Shown here: in pieces, positions 19,890-28,349 of the stretch
Layout: every line of letters begins with the position of its first letter
Numbering within the stretch: the stretch's first letter is position 1
Assembly: GCA_038884615.1 (NCBI GenBank)
Contig: JAWABL010000003.1
Span: 9,038-73,037, forward strand
Direction of reading: 5' to 3'
Source of the DNA: Candidatus Woesearchaeota archaeon
Lineage (GTDB): Archaea; Nanobdellota; Nanobdellia; Woesearchaeales; DSVV01
Length of the DNA stretch: 64,000 nt
The notes under the pieces: generated by a model
What the model was told of the DNA's origin: nothing
Database searches by the model: none
What the model saw: the letters and a program-made list of their open reading frames with translations, nothing else
Position numbers and translations under genes: made by a program

Positions 19890-20569
19890 ATCTACATAAA
19901 GTGGTATAAAAATTTATCTACATGTTTTCCATCTTTTTATATAAGAAATAAACTCATTGCTAGGCAAATGCCCGCTTAGCCAGTCAAAAATGAGCTGGTT
20001 AATTTGCTCCCGTAAAAGACAATCGTGCTGAATATCTTGTCTTGGGCCAATATAGGATGTGCTTACAACAAAATCATCTATATAATAATAAACTTCTGGA
20101 TATTGAACATTCCAACCAGAAATGATAAACTTATAACTATTCTGTATTTCTCCTCCACTGGCTGTAAATTATATAGGGTAATCATTAACTTGTTGTACTC
20201 CATTAATCCATAAAGAAGTTTTATCTAACCCTGGCAAAAGCTCTATTTTCCATTCAACTAAAACCCACCCACGCCATGCTGGTCCCAAAAAAAGTAAGTT
20301 CTATTACCACCTTCTTGGATAGAAGGCCCAATATTATTTGCAATCCACTCTTCATCATTACAACCATAAGAGTGTATCGCTAAAAGGCTATGACCTCCAT
20401 CATAACAGTCTAAATATCTTAATCCATTTGGATCTCTCTGTGGGCATCTCTTTTCTCCGCAATCCCTAAAATCAAGACTTGCTACAGCTGCACTAGCTGT
20501 ATTGGCAAATAAAAAATGTGCTGAGGCACTTGACAAGTGAGAGGCATGCTCTGGTGGTACATATAAATA
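19890..20569 (-). pseudogene. Decayed gene with a LamG/concanavalin-A-like jelly-roll C-terminal region. Broken by frameshifts and stops, and truncated upstream by a MITE insertion.
   Basis: Three reading-frame segments on the minus strand give contiguous peptide pieces (...GNRTYFFWDQHGVGGF* / LVEWKIELLPGLDKTSLWINGVQQVNDYPI* / FTASGGEIQNSYKFIISGWNVQYPEVYYYIDDFVVSTSYIGP...). The last piece resembles the LamG-domain C-terminus (G...YIDD.R(I/V)). Confidence 0.45.
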
Positions 20570-20735
20570 GGCACCGTTCAAAAAGTGTGTTAGCATCCAC
20601 CGCGTATGCACATTCAGGAACAATATATGGGTTTGAAGTTGAGTTGTTCCATACGGAGAACCAGATATTTCCATTTGAACGGAAAAGTGCCAACATGATG
20701 GTAAGCCGACCGAAAACGAGATTTTGAACGGTGCC
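20570..20735 (+). mobile_element. MITE copy A (166 bp). 14-bp TIRs GGCACCGTTCAAAA/TTTTGAACGGTGCC, flanked by a 9-bp TSD ATATAAATA.
   Basis: A perfect terminal inverted repeat, and direct duplication of atataaata at 20561-20569 and 20736-20744. Confidence 0.85.
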
Positions 20736-20819
20736 ATATAAATATAGGTGGTAAAAAAGACGTATTATAAAGATTACTTTCAATATTATAATAGAGGCTT
20801 ATAATTATAAATATTACGA

Positions 20820-21092
20820 TTACAGGCCAAAACTTTTGGTAAACTCGTTTATCTTTTGGAACTCTGCTAAAAAAGTGTATCCCTTGTCTGTAAGAACATA
20901 GAACTTGCCAGTCTCGTCAAAGTCTTTTGCCACAAGCCCTTTCTTAATAAGCTCATCAAGATAAAGATTCATCCGCTGGTATGAAAGGTTTGACTTGTAA
21001 AGAAGGTGGGTTGGTTTTATTTTGCCACCTCTTTTTTGAATAGACGCGAGTATATCATGAATAATTTGCATTCTGTCTCGCTTTTCGCTCAT
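20820..21092 (-). CDS. Winged helix-turn-helix transcriptional regulator (HTH_45-like)
   Basis: 90 aa. The ...SNLSYQRMNLYLDELIKKGLV...YVLTDKGYTFL pattern is typical of small archaeal wHTH regulators. The stop overlaps the upstream membrane-protein gene. Confidence 0.7.
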   Translation of the reverse strand: MSEKRDRMQIIHDILASIQKRGGKIKPTHLLYKSNLSYQRMNLYLDELIKKGLVAKDFDETGKFYVLTDKGYTFLAEFQKINEFTKSFGL

Positions 21093-21763
21093 CTTCCCAG
21101 CACCAGTATCATATTTATTAGAAGAAAAACGTATCCGGATATCTGCAACCCATGACCTAAAACAAAAAATAACTTACTCTGCTGAGCGAATATAAAAAAC
21201 ATCTGAGACAATGCAAGAAGAATTACTGCAACAAGAACAAGCATTGCAGTACAGGTTCCTTTTGTGCAGTAATTTTTAAACTGATAAAATGCAATTGTGC
21301 TTAAAATAATAAAAAGGATTATATTGGTTGTAAGAAAGATATTTTTGCTCATAAGCGTAACTGCCATAAGGACTGCGAGCATTGCAACAAGTATCTTAGG
21401 GTTATGGATTCGCAGAAAGATTGCTGCGAGTATCAAAAATCCTGATAGAATAAGAAAGGAATACATCACTAACGCCGCATGGTGAAGCGCCTGCGTTTTA
21501 ACAACTGTTGACACTGCTGCTGTGAGGTTAGGGACATTTGGGAGGTAATTTTTGTATATAATCCAGTCAAGTGCTCCTCCAATTAGAAAAGCAGCTGAAA
21601 TTGCCAGAAAAGCAAGCGTAAAATAGATGTACTTGCGTTCCTTTGCCAGATAGTATATTCTAAAACTGTATATAACTATAAAAAGCGCTATAAGCATAAC
21701 ACAGAATTCAAAAACCCAGTCAAGCCCAAAAAACCATCTAGGTCCGCTCAGACTTGTAAACAT
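21089..21763 (-). CDS. Polytopic membrane protein (about 6 TM), function unknown. Co-transcribed with the wHTH regulator.
   Basis: 224 aa, almost entirely hydrophobic helices. Confidence 0.6.
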   Translation of the reverse strand: MFTSLSGPRWFFGLDWVFEFCVMLIALFIVIYSFRIYYLAKERKYIYFTLAFLAISAAFLIGGALDWIIYKNYLPNVPNLTAAVSTVVKTQALHHAALVMYSFLILSGFLILAAIFLRIHNPKILVAMLAVLMAVTLMSKNIFLTTNIILFIILSTIAFYQFKNYCTKGTCTAMLVLVAVILLALSQMFFIFAQQSKLFFVLGHGLQISGYVFLLINMILVLGR

Positions 21764-21943
21764 AATAGAGTGGTAAGGGAGTCAATTTTTAAATTTTATG
21801 GATTGCCGTTCAGTATCTGCACTTAATAAAGGATATATAAAAAGACCTTCTAAGTTTATATTATAATTATTATCGTTAATGAGCATCATAGAGTATTAAA
21901 TGACTGAAGAAAAGTTTGTGATAAGCTAAAAAAAGGTGATAAA

Positions 21944-22078
21944 ATGCAGTGGAAAAACAAGCCGAGAAAAAATGTCATGCGAAGGCAGATAAAAGAAAAG
22001 TATGAGATGCTTTTTTCCATAGATGATTTAAAAGAGGTGCTTAAGACGCCATTAAGCACTATCACACCAACTCCATGA
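21944..22078 (+). CDS. Small basic protein (44 aa), hypothetical
   Basis: ATG preceded by GGTGA at -7. Translates to MQWKNKPRKNVMRRQIKEKYEMLFSIDDLKEVLKTPLSTITPTP. A GC-rich hairpin follows. Confidence 0.3.
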   Translation: MQWKNKPRKNVMRRQIKEKYEMLFSIDDLKEVLKTPLSTITPTP

Positions 22079-22085
22079 TAATATA

Positions 22086-22145
22086 GGGCGGCAGGTTTTC
22101 ACAGACCTCTTTTCCTGCCGCCCACCCCAATTTTTGTTTTGGTGT
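22086..22145 (+). terminator. GC-rich 10-bp perfect hairpin (GGGCGGCAGG...CCTGCCGCCC) followed by a T-rich tract. Terminator-like.
   Basis: Stem at 22086-22095 and 22114-22123 with an 18-nt loop, then TTTTTGTTTTGGTGTTTTT. It is unusually GC-rich for this AT-rich region. Confidence 0.4.
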
Positions 22146-22305
22146 TTTTAAGGATAATATGAGTTTAACTACAATATAAGCTTTTCATTTTTACTAACTT
22201 CATCTAAAATTAAAAACTGATTATTTTAAGTAAGGTTATTTATAGTGTCGTAAGACTAGAACAATAAGATCAAAACCATATAAGCTATAATTGTAATAAC
22301 AAACC

Positions 22306-22470
22306 GGCTGCGTTCAAAAAGTGTGTTAGCATCCACCGCGTATGCACATTCAGGAACAATATATGGGTTTGAAGTGAGTTGTTCCATACGGAGAACCAGA
22401 TATTTTGATTTGAATGGAAAATGCCAACATGATGTTAAACCGACCGAAAACGAGATTTTGAACGCAGCCC
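22306..22470 (+). mobile_element. MITE copy B (~165 bp). Variant TIRs GGCTGCGTTCAAAA/TTTTGAACGCAGCC, with TSD TAACAAACC.
   Basis: Same internal sequence as copy A (about 93% identical). Both TIR halves carry the complementary CTGC/GCAG variant. Direct repeat taacaaacc at 22297-22305 and 22471-22479. Confidence 0.85.
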
Positions 22471-22516
22471 TAACAAACCATAAACAATAAATACTAGTCA
22501 CATCAAAACAGATTTT

Positions 22517-23182
22517 GTGGTAAAAAGAGCGAAAATAAAAAGAGATGACGACAACGGAAGTTGGCTACTTAAGAAGCAACCTAAAATATCCGTGTCTTCT
22601 TCTAAGCAGAATTCCTCAGCGAGTCAAAAAAATAAGTTTGAATATACCTATGAAAAGGAAAAAGAGATAAAAAAGGAGCAGAAAGTATTTAAGACAGGAA
22701 ACGAACAAGAGATACAAAACGCAGAGAAAAACGGTGCTGTTACGGAGAAGAAGAGTGCTAACGAAGGCGAAGAAACGACCCTGCAAAAAGCATCAAATCA
22801 GGAAGAAAAGGAAGGAAATAAAAAGATTGAGATTAGCGAAAGAGAGCAAGTAAAGTTTAACTACAAGTTGTTTTTCAAGCCAACAATCCTTAAGTTTGCC
22901 CTTGCACTTCTTATGTTTGGTGTCGTATCACTGTATTTTCTGACACCTATTCTTTCACGAGCAATTATAATACCTTGTAAGGTAATTGAAGGGGAAGATT
23001 TTTACTCTAAATGCCCCATAAATCCTGCAGCAAACAGCGTTTCAACAGTATACTTTAGTAGTATTTTCTTGGATTATGTCTATCAGATAGCATACTTTCT
23101 GGGAGTTTTTATAGCATTGCCGTATGGACTTGCCTGTGCTCTTTCATTTGCATACAGAAAAATTATTTCAAGAATGTCATAA
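22517..23182 (+). CDS. Hypothetical protein with a Lys/Glu-rich disordered N-terminal half and a two-TM C-terminal half
   Basis: 221-aa ORF starting about 47 bp downstream of MITE copy B. No recognisable domain. Confidence 0.5.
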   Translation: MVKRAKIKRDDDNGSWLLKKQPKISVSSSKQNSSASQKNKFEYTYEKEKEIKKEQKVFKTGNEQEIQNAEKNGAVTEKKSANEGEETTLQKASNQEEKEGNKKIEISEREQVKFNYKLFFKPTILKFALALLMFGVVSLYFLTPILSRAIIIPCKVIEGEDFYSKCPINPAANSVSTVYFSSIFLDYVYQIAYFLGVFIALPYGLACALSFAYRKIISRMS

Positions 23183-23304
23183 TCAACAAACTCTTGGAAC
23201 AATCAAGTGTGCAACCATGCCCCCATTGATTTTTGGTTGCCTATCATTTTTCTTGCCCGAGACATCCAATAAATTTTTATAGTAATCTTCTTACCATTTA
23301 AGCG

Positions 23305-24591
23305 ATGTATAAAACAGGCGATAAGGTAAGAATAGTCACTGAAAAAGATGAGGTAACAGGCATTTTTATGCCACGTCCTGAAATTCTTGATAATGATTTT
23401 GTTGTTGTGAAGCTTGAAAACGGCTACAACATTGGCATAAAAAAGGAAAGGATAAGAGAGATTCTGCTTGTAGAAAAGTACATCCCTACTGAAACTACAA
23501 CTGTAAAAATAAAGTACAACCCTAACCTTCCTACCATTTCTGTGCTTTCAACAGGAGGAACAATATCTTCTCGCATTGACTACCGAACAGGAGGCGTACA
23601 CGCAGACTACACCGCGGAGGATTTTGTTCAGATGTTGCCTCATCTTGCAAGCATTGCAAATATAAAGGCAAAGAAGGTAGCGTCTATAATGAGCGAGGAC
23701 ATGTGTCCGTCTGACTGGAGGATGATGGCACGGGCGATTCGGAAGGAGTTTGAGGAAGGCGCAGACGGAGTCGTAATAACTCATGGCACAGACACTCTGC
23801 ACTTCTCAACAGCAGCTGTTTCTTTTATGCTTAAGAATCTTACAAAACCGGTTGTGTTTACAGCTTCGCAGCGTAGCATTGACCGCGGCTCAAGCGACGC
23901 GTTCATAAATCTCGGATGCGCAATAATAGCAGCCGCCTCAGACATCGCAGAGGTTATGACCTGCCTACACGGAACAATTGACGATGAATATTGCCTGCTT
24001 GTGCGTGGAACAAAGGTCAGAAAAATGCACAGTTCAAGAAGAGATGCCTTCAGGCCTATAAATGAGAATCCCATAGCAAAGGTATTCCCAAGTGGAAAAA
24101 TCGAAACTATAAATCAATGTTTTAGAAAGCGCTCAGATGGGATGCCTGAGCTTGATGACGCGTTTGAGCCAAAGGTTGCTCTTGTGCTTGCCTATCCAGG
24201 CATGGAACCTGAAATAATTGACTTTTATATTGCGAAGGGTTACAAAGGGATAGTGATATCTGCGAGCGCGCTTGGGCATGTGCCTACAAACAACCCCGAG
24301 TATTCCATACTGCCTAGCATTGAGCGGGCCACTGGAAAAAACATTCCTGTTGTCATAGCAAGTCAAACGATATATGGGAGGGTACATCCATATGTGTACA
24401 CAAACCTAAGAAAGCTTTCAATGCAACTCGGTTGCATTTATGCTGAGGACATGCTTCCTGAAGTTGCCTATGTAAAGCTTGGCTGGGTTCTTGGTCACAC
24501 ACAAGATAAAAAAAAGATAAAGGACATGATGCTAAGCAACATTGCTGGAGAGATAAGCGAACGAAGCAACGCACAATGCTTTCTCTTTTAA
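23305..24591 (+). CDS. gatD: Glutamyl-tRNA(Gln) amidotransferase subunit D
   Basis: 428 aa: N-terminal GatD-specific domain plus an asparaginase-like domain (STGGTISS, HGTDT). Confidence 0.9.
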   Translation: MYKTGDKVRIVTEKDEVTGIFMPRPEILDNDFVVVKLENGYNIGIKKERIREILLVEKYIPTETTTVKIKYNPNLPTISVLSTGGTISSRIDYRTGGVHADYTAEDFVQMLPHLASIANIKAKKVASIMSEDMCPSDWRMMARAIRKEFEEGADGVVITHGTDTLHFSTAAVSFMLKNLTKPVVFTASQRSIDRGSSDAFINLGCAIIAAASDIAEVMTCLHGTIDDEYCLLVRGTKVRKMHSSRRDAFRPINENPIAKVFPSGKIETINQCFRKRSDGMPELDDAFEPKVALVLAYPGMEPEIIDFYIAKGYKGIVISASALGHVPTNNPEYSILPSIERATGKNIPVVIASQTIYGRVHPYVYTNLRKLSMQLGCIYAEDMLPEVAYVKLGWVLGHTQDKKKIKDMMLSNIAGEISERSNAQCFLF

Positions 24592-24788
24592 AAAGATTAT
24601 AAATTTTGAGAGGTTATATTAAAAGTTATTATTAAGTGTATGTTATTAGTAAGTAATTGTAAGAATAAGTAATTTTAAAAATAAGCAATCGTAAGAATAT
24701 GGCCTTGAAGATGCTAACGAAGAAATAAGTCAATAGAGAACATAAAAATAGCAAAAAGTATATAAAGAAACCCACTCACCATTTAACA

Positions 24789-25397
24789 ATGCCCCAACCC
24801 AGCCTTCTTAAGTTTGGGAAGACTCGGCCTGTAAAAACCGAGCCGGACAAGAATGCAGTAGAGTTCTTAAAATCACAAAAAAAAGGAAGGTTGCTTGACA
24901 TAGGGTGTGGAGAGGGGCTTGAGTCGGCCTATGCTGCTTCCTTAGGATTTGATGTTACAGCAATAGATTCAGATTACGAATCAATAAAAATAGCAAAGGA
25001 AGCAAGAAGAGGCGCTAAGTTTAGGTACATTGACTTTTTCGCATTTGCAAAAACAGCAGCAAAAGACCAGTTTGATGTCGTCATAGACAACTGCTTTTCA
25101 CACTGCTTGCAAAAATCAAGGCTTGAAAAATACTATCTTGAGCTCAGCAAGATTTTAAAATATAGAGGAATGCTCTATATAAAGGCGTATTCTGATAAAG
25201 GAAACTATGCAAAAACTCACTGCCCAAATCGCAGATGGACCAAAATTGATGGAAAATATTATTACTTTTTCAGCAAAGAAGAGATTGAAGACAGGCTTAA
25301 AAAGAGGGGATTTGAAATTACAAACTACGAGCATGTTTATGAAGGAGACTTCGCTTTTAATGTGATTCACGCAAGGCTAAGGCTAACAAAACTGTAG
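24789..25397 (+). CDS. Class I SAM-dependent methyltransferase
   Basis: Motif I LLDIGCGEG plus an acidic motif II and the following Rossmann elements. 202 aa. Confidence 0.75.
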   Translation: MPQPSLLKFGKTRPVKTEPDKNAVEFLKSQKKGRLLDIGCGEGLESAYAASLGFDVTAIDSDYESIKIAKEARRGAKFRYIDFFAFAKTAAKDQFDVVIDNCFSHCLQKSRLEKYYLELSKILKYRGMLYIKAYSDKGNYAKTHCPNRRWTKIDGKYYYFFSKEEIEDRLKKRGFEITNYEHVYEGDFAFNVIHARLRLTKL

Positions 25398-25447
25398 CCA
25401 CTACAAGGAAGAAAATATATATACACCTAAATGGCTTCTCCTTTGTT

Positions 25448-26425
25448 ATGAATATGTACAGAAGAGAGTTTATTAGAGAGGCTATAAAGGGGCTTGCTGT
25501 CTGTTCTTTTCTTGCAAGCAAAGATATTTTTCTCGGCTTTAATGTGTGTTCTGCTCAATATTCGCAAAAACCAAATTACCAGATGCAGAATTCAAGAGGG
25601 TATTCTTTAAGAACGCCTCAGAAATCTAAACCTGGCACTGCTCCTATTATAGACTATTATGGCGTTTTTCCAATTACTCTTCCATGGCAACGCGACGAAA
25701 AATACACCACCTCATTAATTGAAGAAAGACACAAGGAGCATCGCTATAATCTTCTACTTATAAACTCAAGCTACAGCCTTGAACAAATGCAGAGTATATT
25801 AGAGCAAGGAAGGATTATCATAAATAAGATAAGAGAAACAGAGAAGAAAAAAAGCGACATGGTTATAGCGGCCAATTATGCAGAAAGCTCCTTTGAACAG
25901 TTTAAACAGTACCTGGCTGCCGCCGAGTGGGCAAAAAAAAATAGCCTGGATGTTGTATGTTTTGGAGAGAGGAGCAAAGATATTAAAAAGATTGATATGA
26001 GCGAAAACGAGCTTATATACGATCTAAAGGATCTGGCGTTCGCATTAAGGAGATGCCAAGAAAGAACCTTCAACAGCGAAATGCTTCATATTGAATCACA
26101 CTATCTTCATCTCTCGCTCCTTCTTGAGATGGATGTAAAGGCATACCAACAGAGCATTGGAGGCACACTTAAGGACGCATTTTTCGGAGACGCTATACTA
26201 TGTACAAAAGAAGAAAAAGAGAATGATGCTAAATACATTAAAAGAAAGATAGAGGATTATAAAGCCATGTCAACAGTATTTTTTGGTCCTGCACATAAAC
26301 TAGTTAATACGATAAGGAGTAAAGGCATTCCAGATATTTTAGGATACAAGCACGAGATAATATTTCTTCCCGCGCGCAAAAACAACGCAACCACTAGGCC
26401 CTGTAACATTGGATTTTTCTGTTGA
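25448..26425 (+). CDS. Hypothetical protein with a Tat-like N-terminal signal (RREFIREAIKGLAV)
   Basis: 325-aa ORF. Twin-arginine-like motif followed by a hydrophobic stretch. No catalytic motifs recognised. Confidence 0.5.
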   Translation: MNMYRREFIREAIKGLAVCSFLASKDIFLGFNVCSAQYSQKPNYQMQNSRGYSLRTPQKSKPGTAPIIDYYGVFPITLPWQRDEKYTTSLIEERHKEHRYNLLLINSSYSLEQMQSILEQGRIIINKIRETEKKKSDMVIAANYAESSFEQFKQYLAAAEWAKKNSLDVVCFGERSKDIKKIDMSENELIYDLKDLAFALRRCQERTFNSEMLHIESHYLHLSLLLEMDVKAYQQSIGGTLKDAFFGDAILCTKEEKENDAKYIKRKIEDYKAMSTVFFGPAHKLVNTIRSKGIPDILGYKHEIIFLPARKNNATTRPCNIGFFC

Positions 26426-26478
26426 ATAGCGTGCGTATAGCAAAGCATAAATACTAAGTCTTATACAACAACATAAAA

Positions 26479-28275
26479 ATGGATTTTAAGAAAATAGGAC
26501 TTAAGTGTGGAATTGAAATTCACCAGCAGCTTGCCGGCAAGAAGTTGTTTTGCAACTGCCCTACAAAAATAATGGACACTGCGCCTGACCAAGTGGTAAG
26601 ACGACGGCTTAAAGCGGTCACAGGCGAGACAGGAAGGGTTGACGAAGCAGCCGCTCATGAAGAATCGAAGGAAAAAGAATTCATATATCATTTTTATTCT
26701 GACTGCAACTGCCTTGTGGAACTTGATGAGGAGCCTCCACAGCCAATGAACAAAGAGGCTCTTGAAACTGCGCTTTTAATAGCAAAGATGCTGAACGCAG
26801 AACCTGTTGATGAGATTCAAGTCATGCGCAAAACAGTAATTGACGGTTCAAACACGACCGGTTTTCAACGCACCGCGCTTGTTGCAAGGAACGGGTTCAT
26901 AGAAATCTCTGAAGGAAGGATAAGGATACCGACAATATGCATTGAGGAGGAAGCTGCAAAGATAGTGGAAAGAGAGGGGGAATGTGATGTTTATAATCTT
27001 TCAAGGCTAGGAATTCCTCTTATAGAGATTGGGACTAATGCGGACATAAGGTCGCCTGATGGCGCGCGTGAGGCCGCCGAGAAGATTGGTATGATTTTAA
27101 GATCAACTAACAGAATAATGCGCGGCCTTGGGACTATAAGGCAGGATGTGAACATAAGCATTGCCGGCGGAAACAGAGTTGAGATTAAAGGAGCACAGGA
27201 CCTAAGAATAATTTCAAAGCTTGTCGAGTACGAAGCAATAAGGCAGGAGAACCTCATAAAGATTGCTAACGAGCTGAAAAAAAAACAATTAAATCCAGAC
27301 ATAATAGATGTGACTGCTGTTTTTTCTGAAACAGAGTGCGCGGTTATAAAAAAGTCAGGAAGAGTTCTTGGCATTAAGCTTGAAGGTTTTGCTGGTTTTC
27401 TTGGTAGAGAGATTATGCCTGGCAGAAGGCTTGGAACTGAGTTGTCAGATTACGCGAAGACGGCAGGAGTGGGAGGCATTTTCCATTCAGACGAACTTCC
27501 GAACTATGGAATAAGTAGCGCAGAAGTTGAAAAATTAAGGTCTGTATTAAGGTGCAGGGCAGATGATGCGTTTGTTCTTGTCGCAGACAAAAAAAGAGCT
27601 GAAATGGCGCTTGTTTTTGCGACGAAGAGGGCCAAGCTTTGCTTTGAGGGCGTCCCGAAAGAAGTCAGAAAAGCAAACCCAGATGGAACAACCTCGTTTC
27701 TCAGGCCCATGCCCGGAGAAGCAAGAATGTATCCCGAAACTGATGTTCTCCCAATAACACCGCACAGCAAAATGCTAGTTGTGCCTGAGCTTGTAGAGAA
27801 CAGGGCGACAAGATACGTAGCAGAATATAATTTAAGCAGGGACATGGCGATTATCATTGCAAAATCGGAAAGATTTGAGATGTTCGAGCTTTTCGCAGCC
27901 GAGTTCACTAAACTTAAGCCGGCTTATATCGCAGAGCTGTTGTTCTCCCTGCCGCAGAACATAAAAAGAAAGCAAAAAATTGATGTAAAACTAACACAGG
28001 ACCAGTATGAAAATCTTCTTAATCTAATAAACAAAGGGATGCTTGCGAAAGAAAGCGTTGTAGACGCAATGATTGAAATTTCGCAGGGAAGATTTAACCT
28101 AGAAAAATATATGCAGATACAGGATGAAAAGCTAAAAGAGGGCCTTAAGGAAATAGTAGAGAGACACAAAGGAGCCAGTTTTTCTGCGATTATGGGCGAA
28201 GCAATGAAAGTATACAGGGGAAAGGTTGATGGAAAGAGGATAAGCGAGATTCTAAGGGAGATTTACGATTTCTAA
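26479..28275 (+). CDS. gatE: Glutamyl-tRNA(Gln) amidotransferase subunit E
   Basis: 598 aa. GatB/E catalytic-core motifs (GLKCGIEIHQQL, KLFCNCPT) and the archaeal GatE-specific insertion and tail. Confidence 0.9.
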   Translation: MDFKKIGLKCGIEIHQQLAGKKLFCNCPTKIMDTAPDQVVRRRLKAVTGETGRVDEAAAHEESKEKEFIYHFYSDCNCLVELDEEPPQPMNKEALETALLIAKMLNAEPVDEIQVMRKTVIDGSNTTGFQRTALVARNGFIEISEGRIRIPTICIEEEAAKIVEREGECDVYNLSRLGIPLIEIGTNADIRSPDGAREAAEKIGMILRSTNRIMRGLGTIRQDVNISIAGGNRVEIKGAQDLRIISKLVEYEAIRQENLIKIANELKKKQLNPDIIDVTAVFSETECAVIKKSGRVLGIKLEGFAGFLGREIMPGRRLGTELSDYAKTAGVGGIFHSDELPNYGISSAEVEKLRSVLRCRADDAFVLVADKKRAEMALVFATKRAKLCFEGVPKEVRKANPDGTTSFLRPMPGEARMYPETDVLPITPHSKMLVVPELVENRATRYVAEYNLSRDMAIIIAKSERFEMFELFAAEFTKLKPAYIAELLFSLPQNIKRKQKIDVKLTQDQYENLLNLINKGMLAKESVVDAMIEISQGRFNLEKYMQIQDEKLKEGLKEIVERHKGASFSAIMGEAMKVYRGKVDGKRISEILREIYDF

Positions 28276-28349
28276 CTATAAGCGAAATTACAGGAGAAAA
28301 CACTTCTGCATCTTTAAATAACTCTTTAATATAAAATATACTTTTTGAA

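Noticed and set aside
20258-20737. 159-aa and 96-aa minus-strand ORFs (20258-20737, 20493-20783), and the 81-aa ORF at 22256-22501
   Set aside because: They read through MITE copies A and B (including the TIRs) into flanking pseudogene or intergenic DNA. The peptide similarity between them is explained by the shared repeat DNA, not by a protein family.
24592-24788. Short direct repeats (ATTGTAAGAATAAG / ATCGTAAGAATATG) upstream of the methyltransferase gene
   Set aside because: There are only two imperfect copies. It is plausibly a promoter-proximal motif, but there is insufficient evidence to call it a regulatory site.
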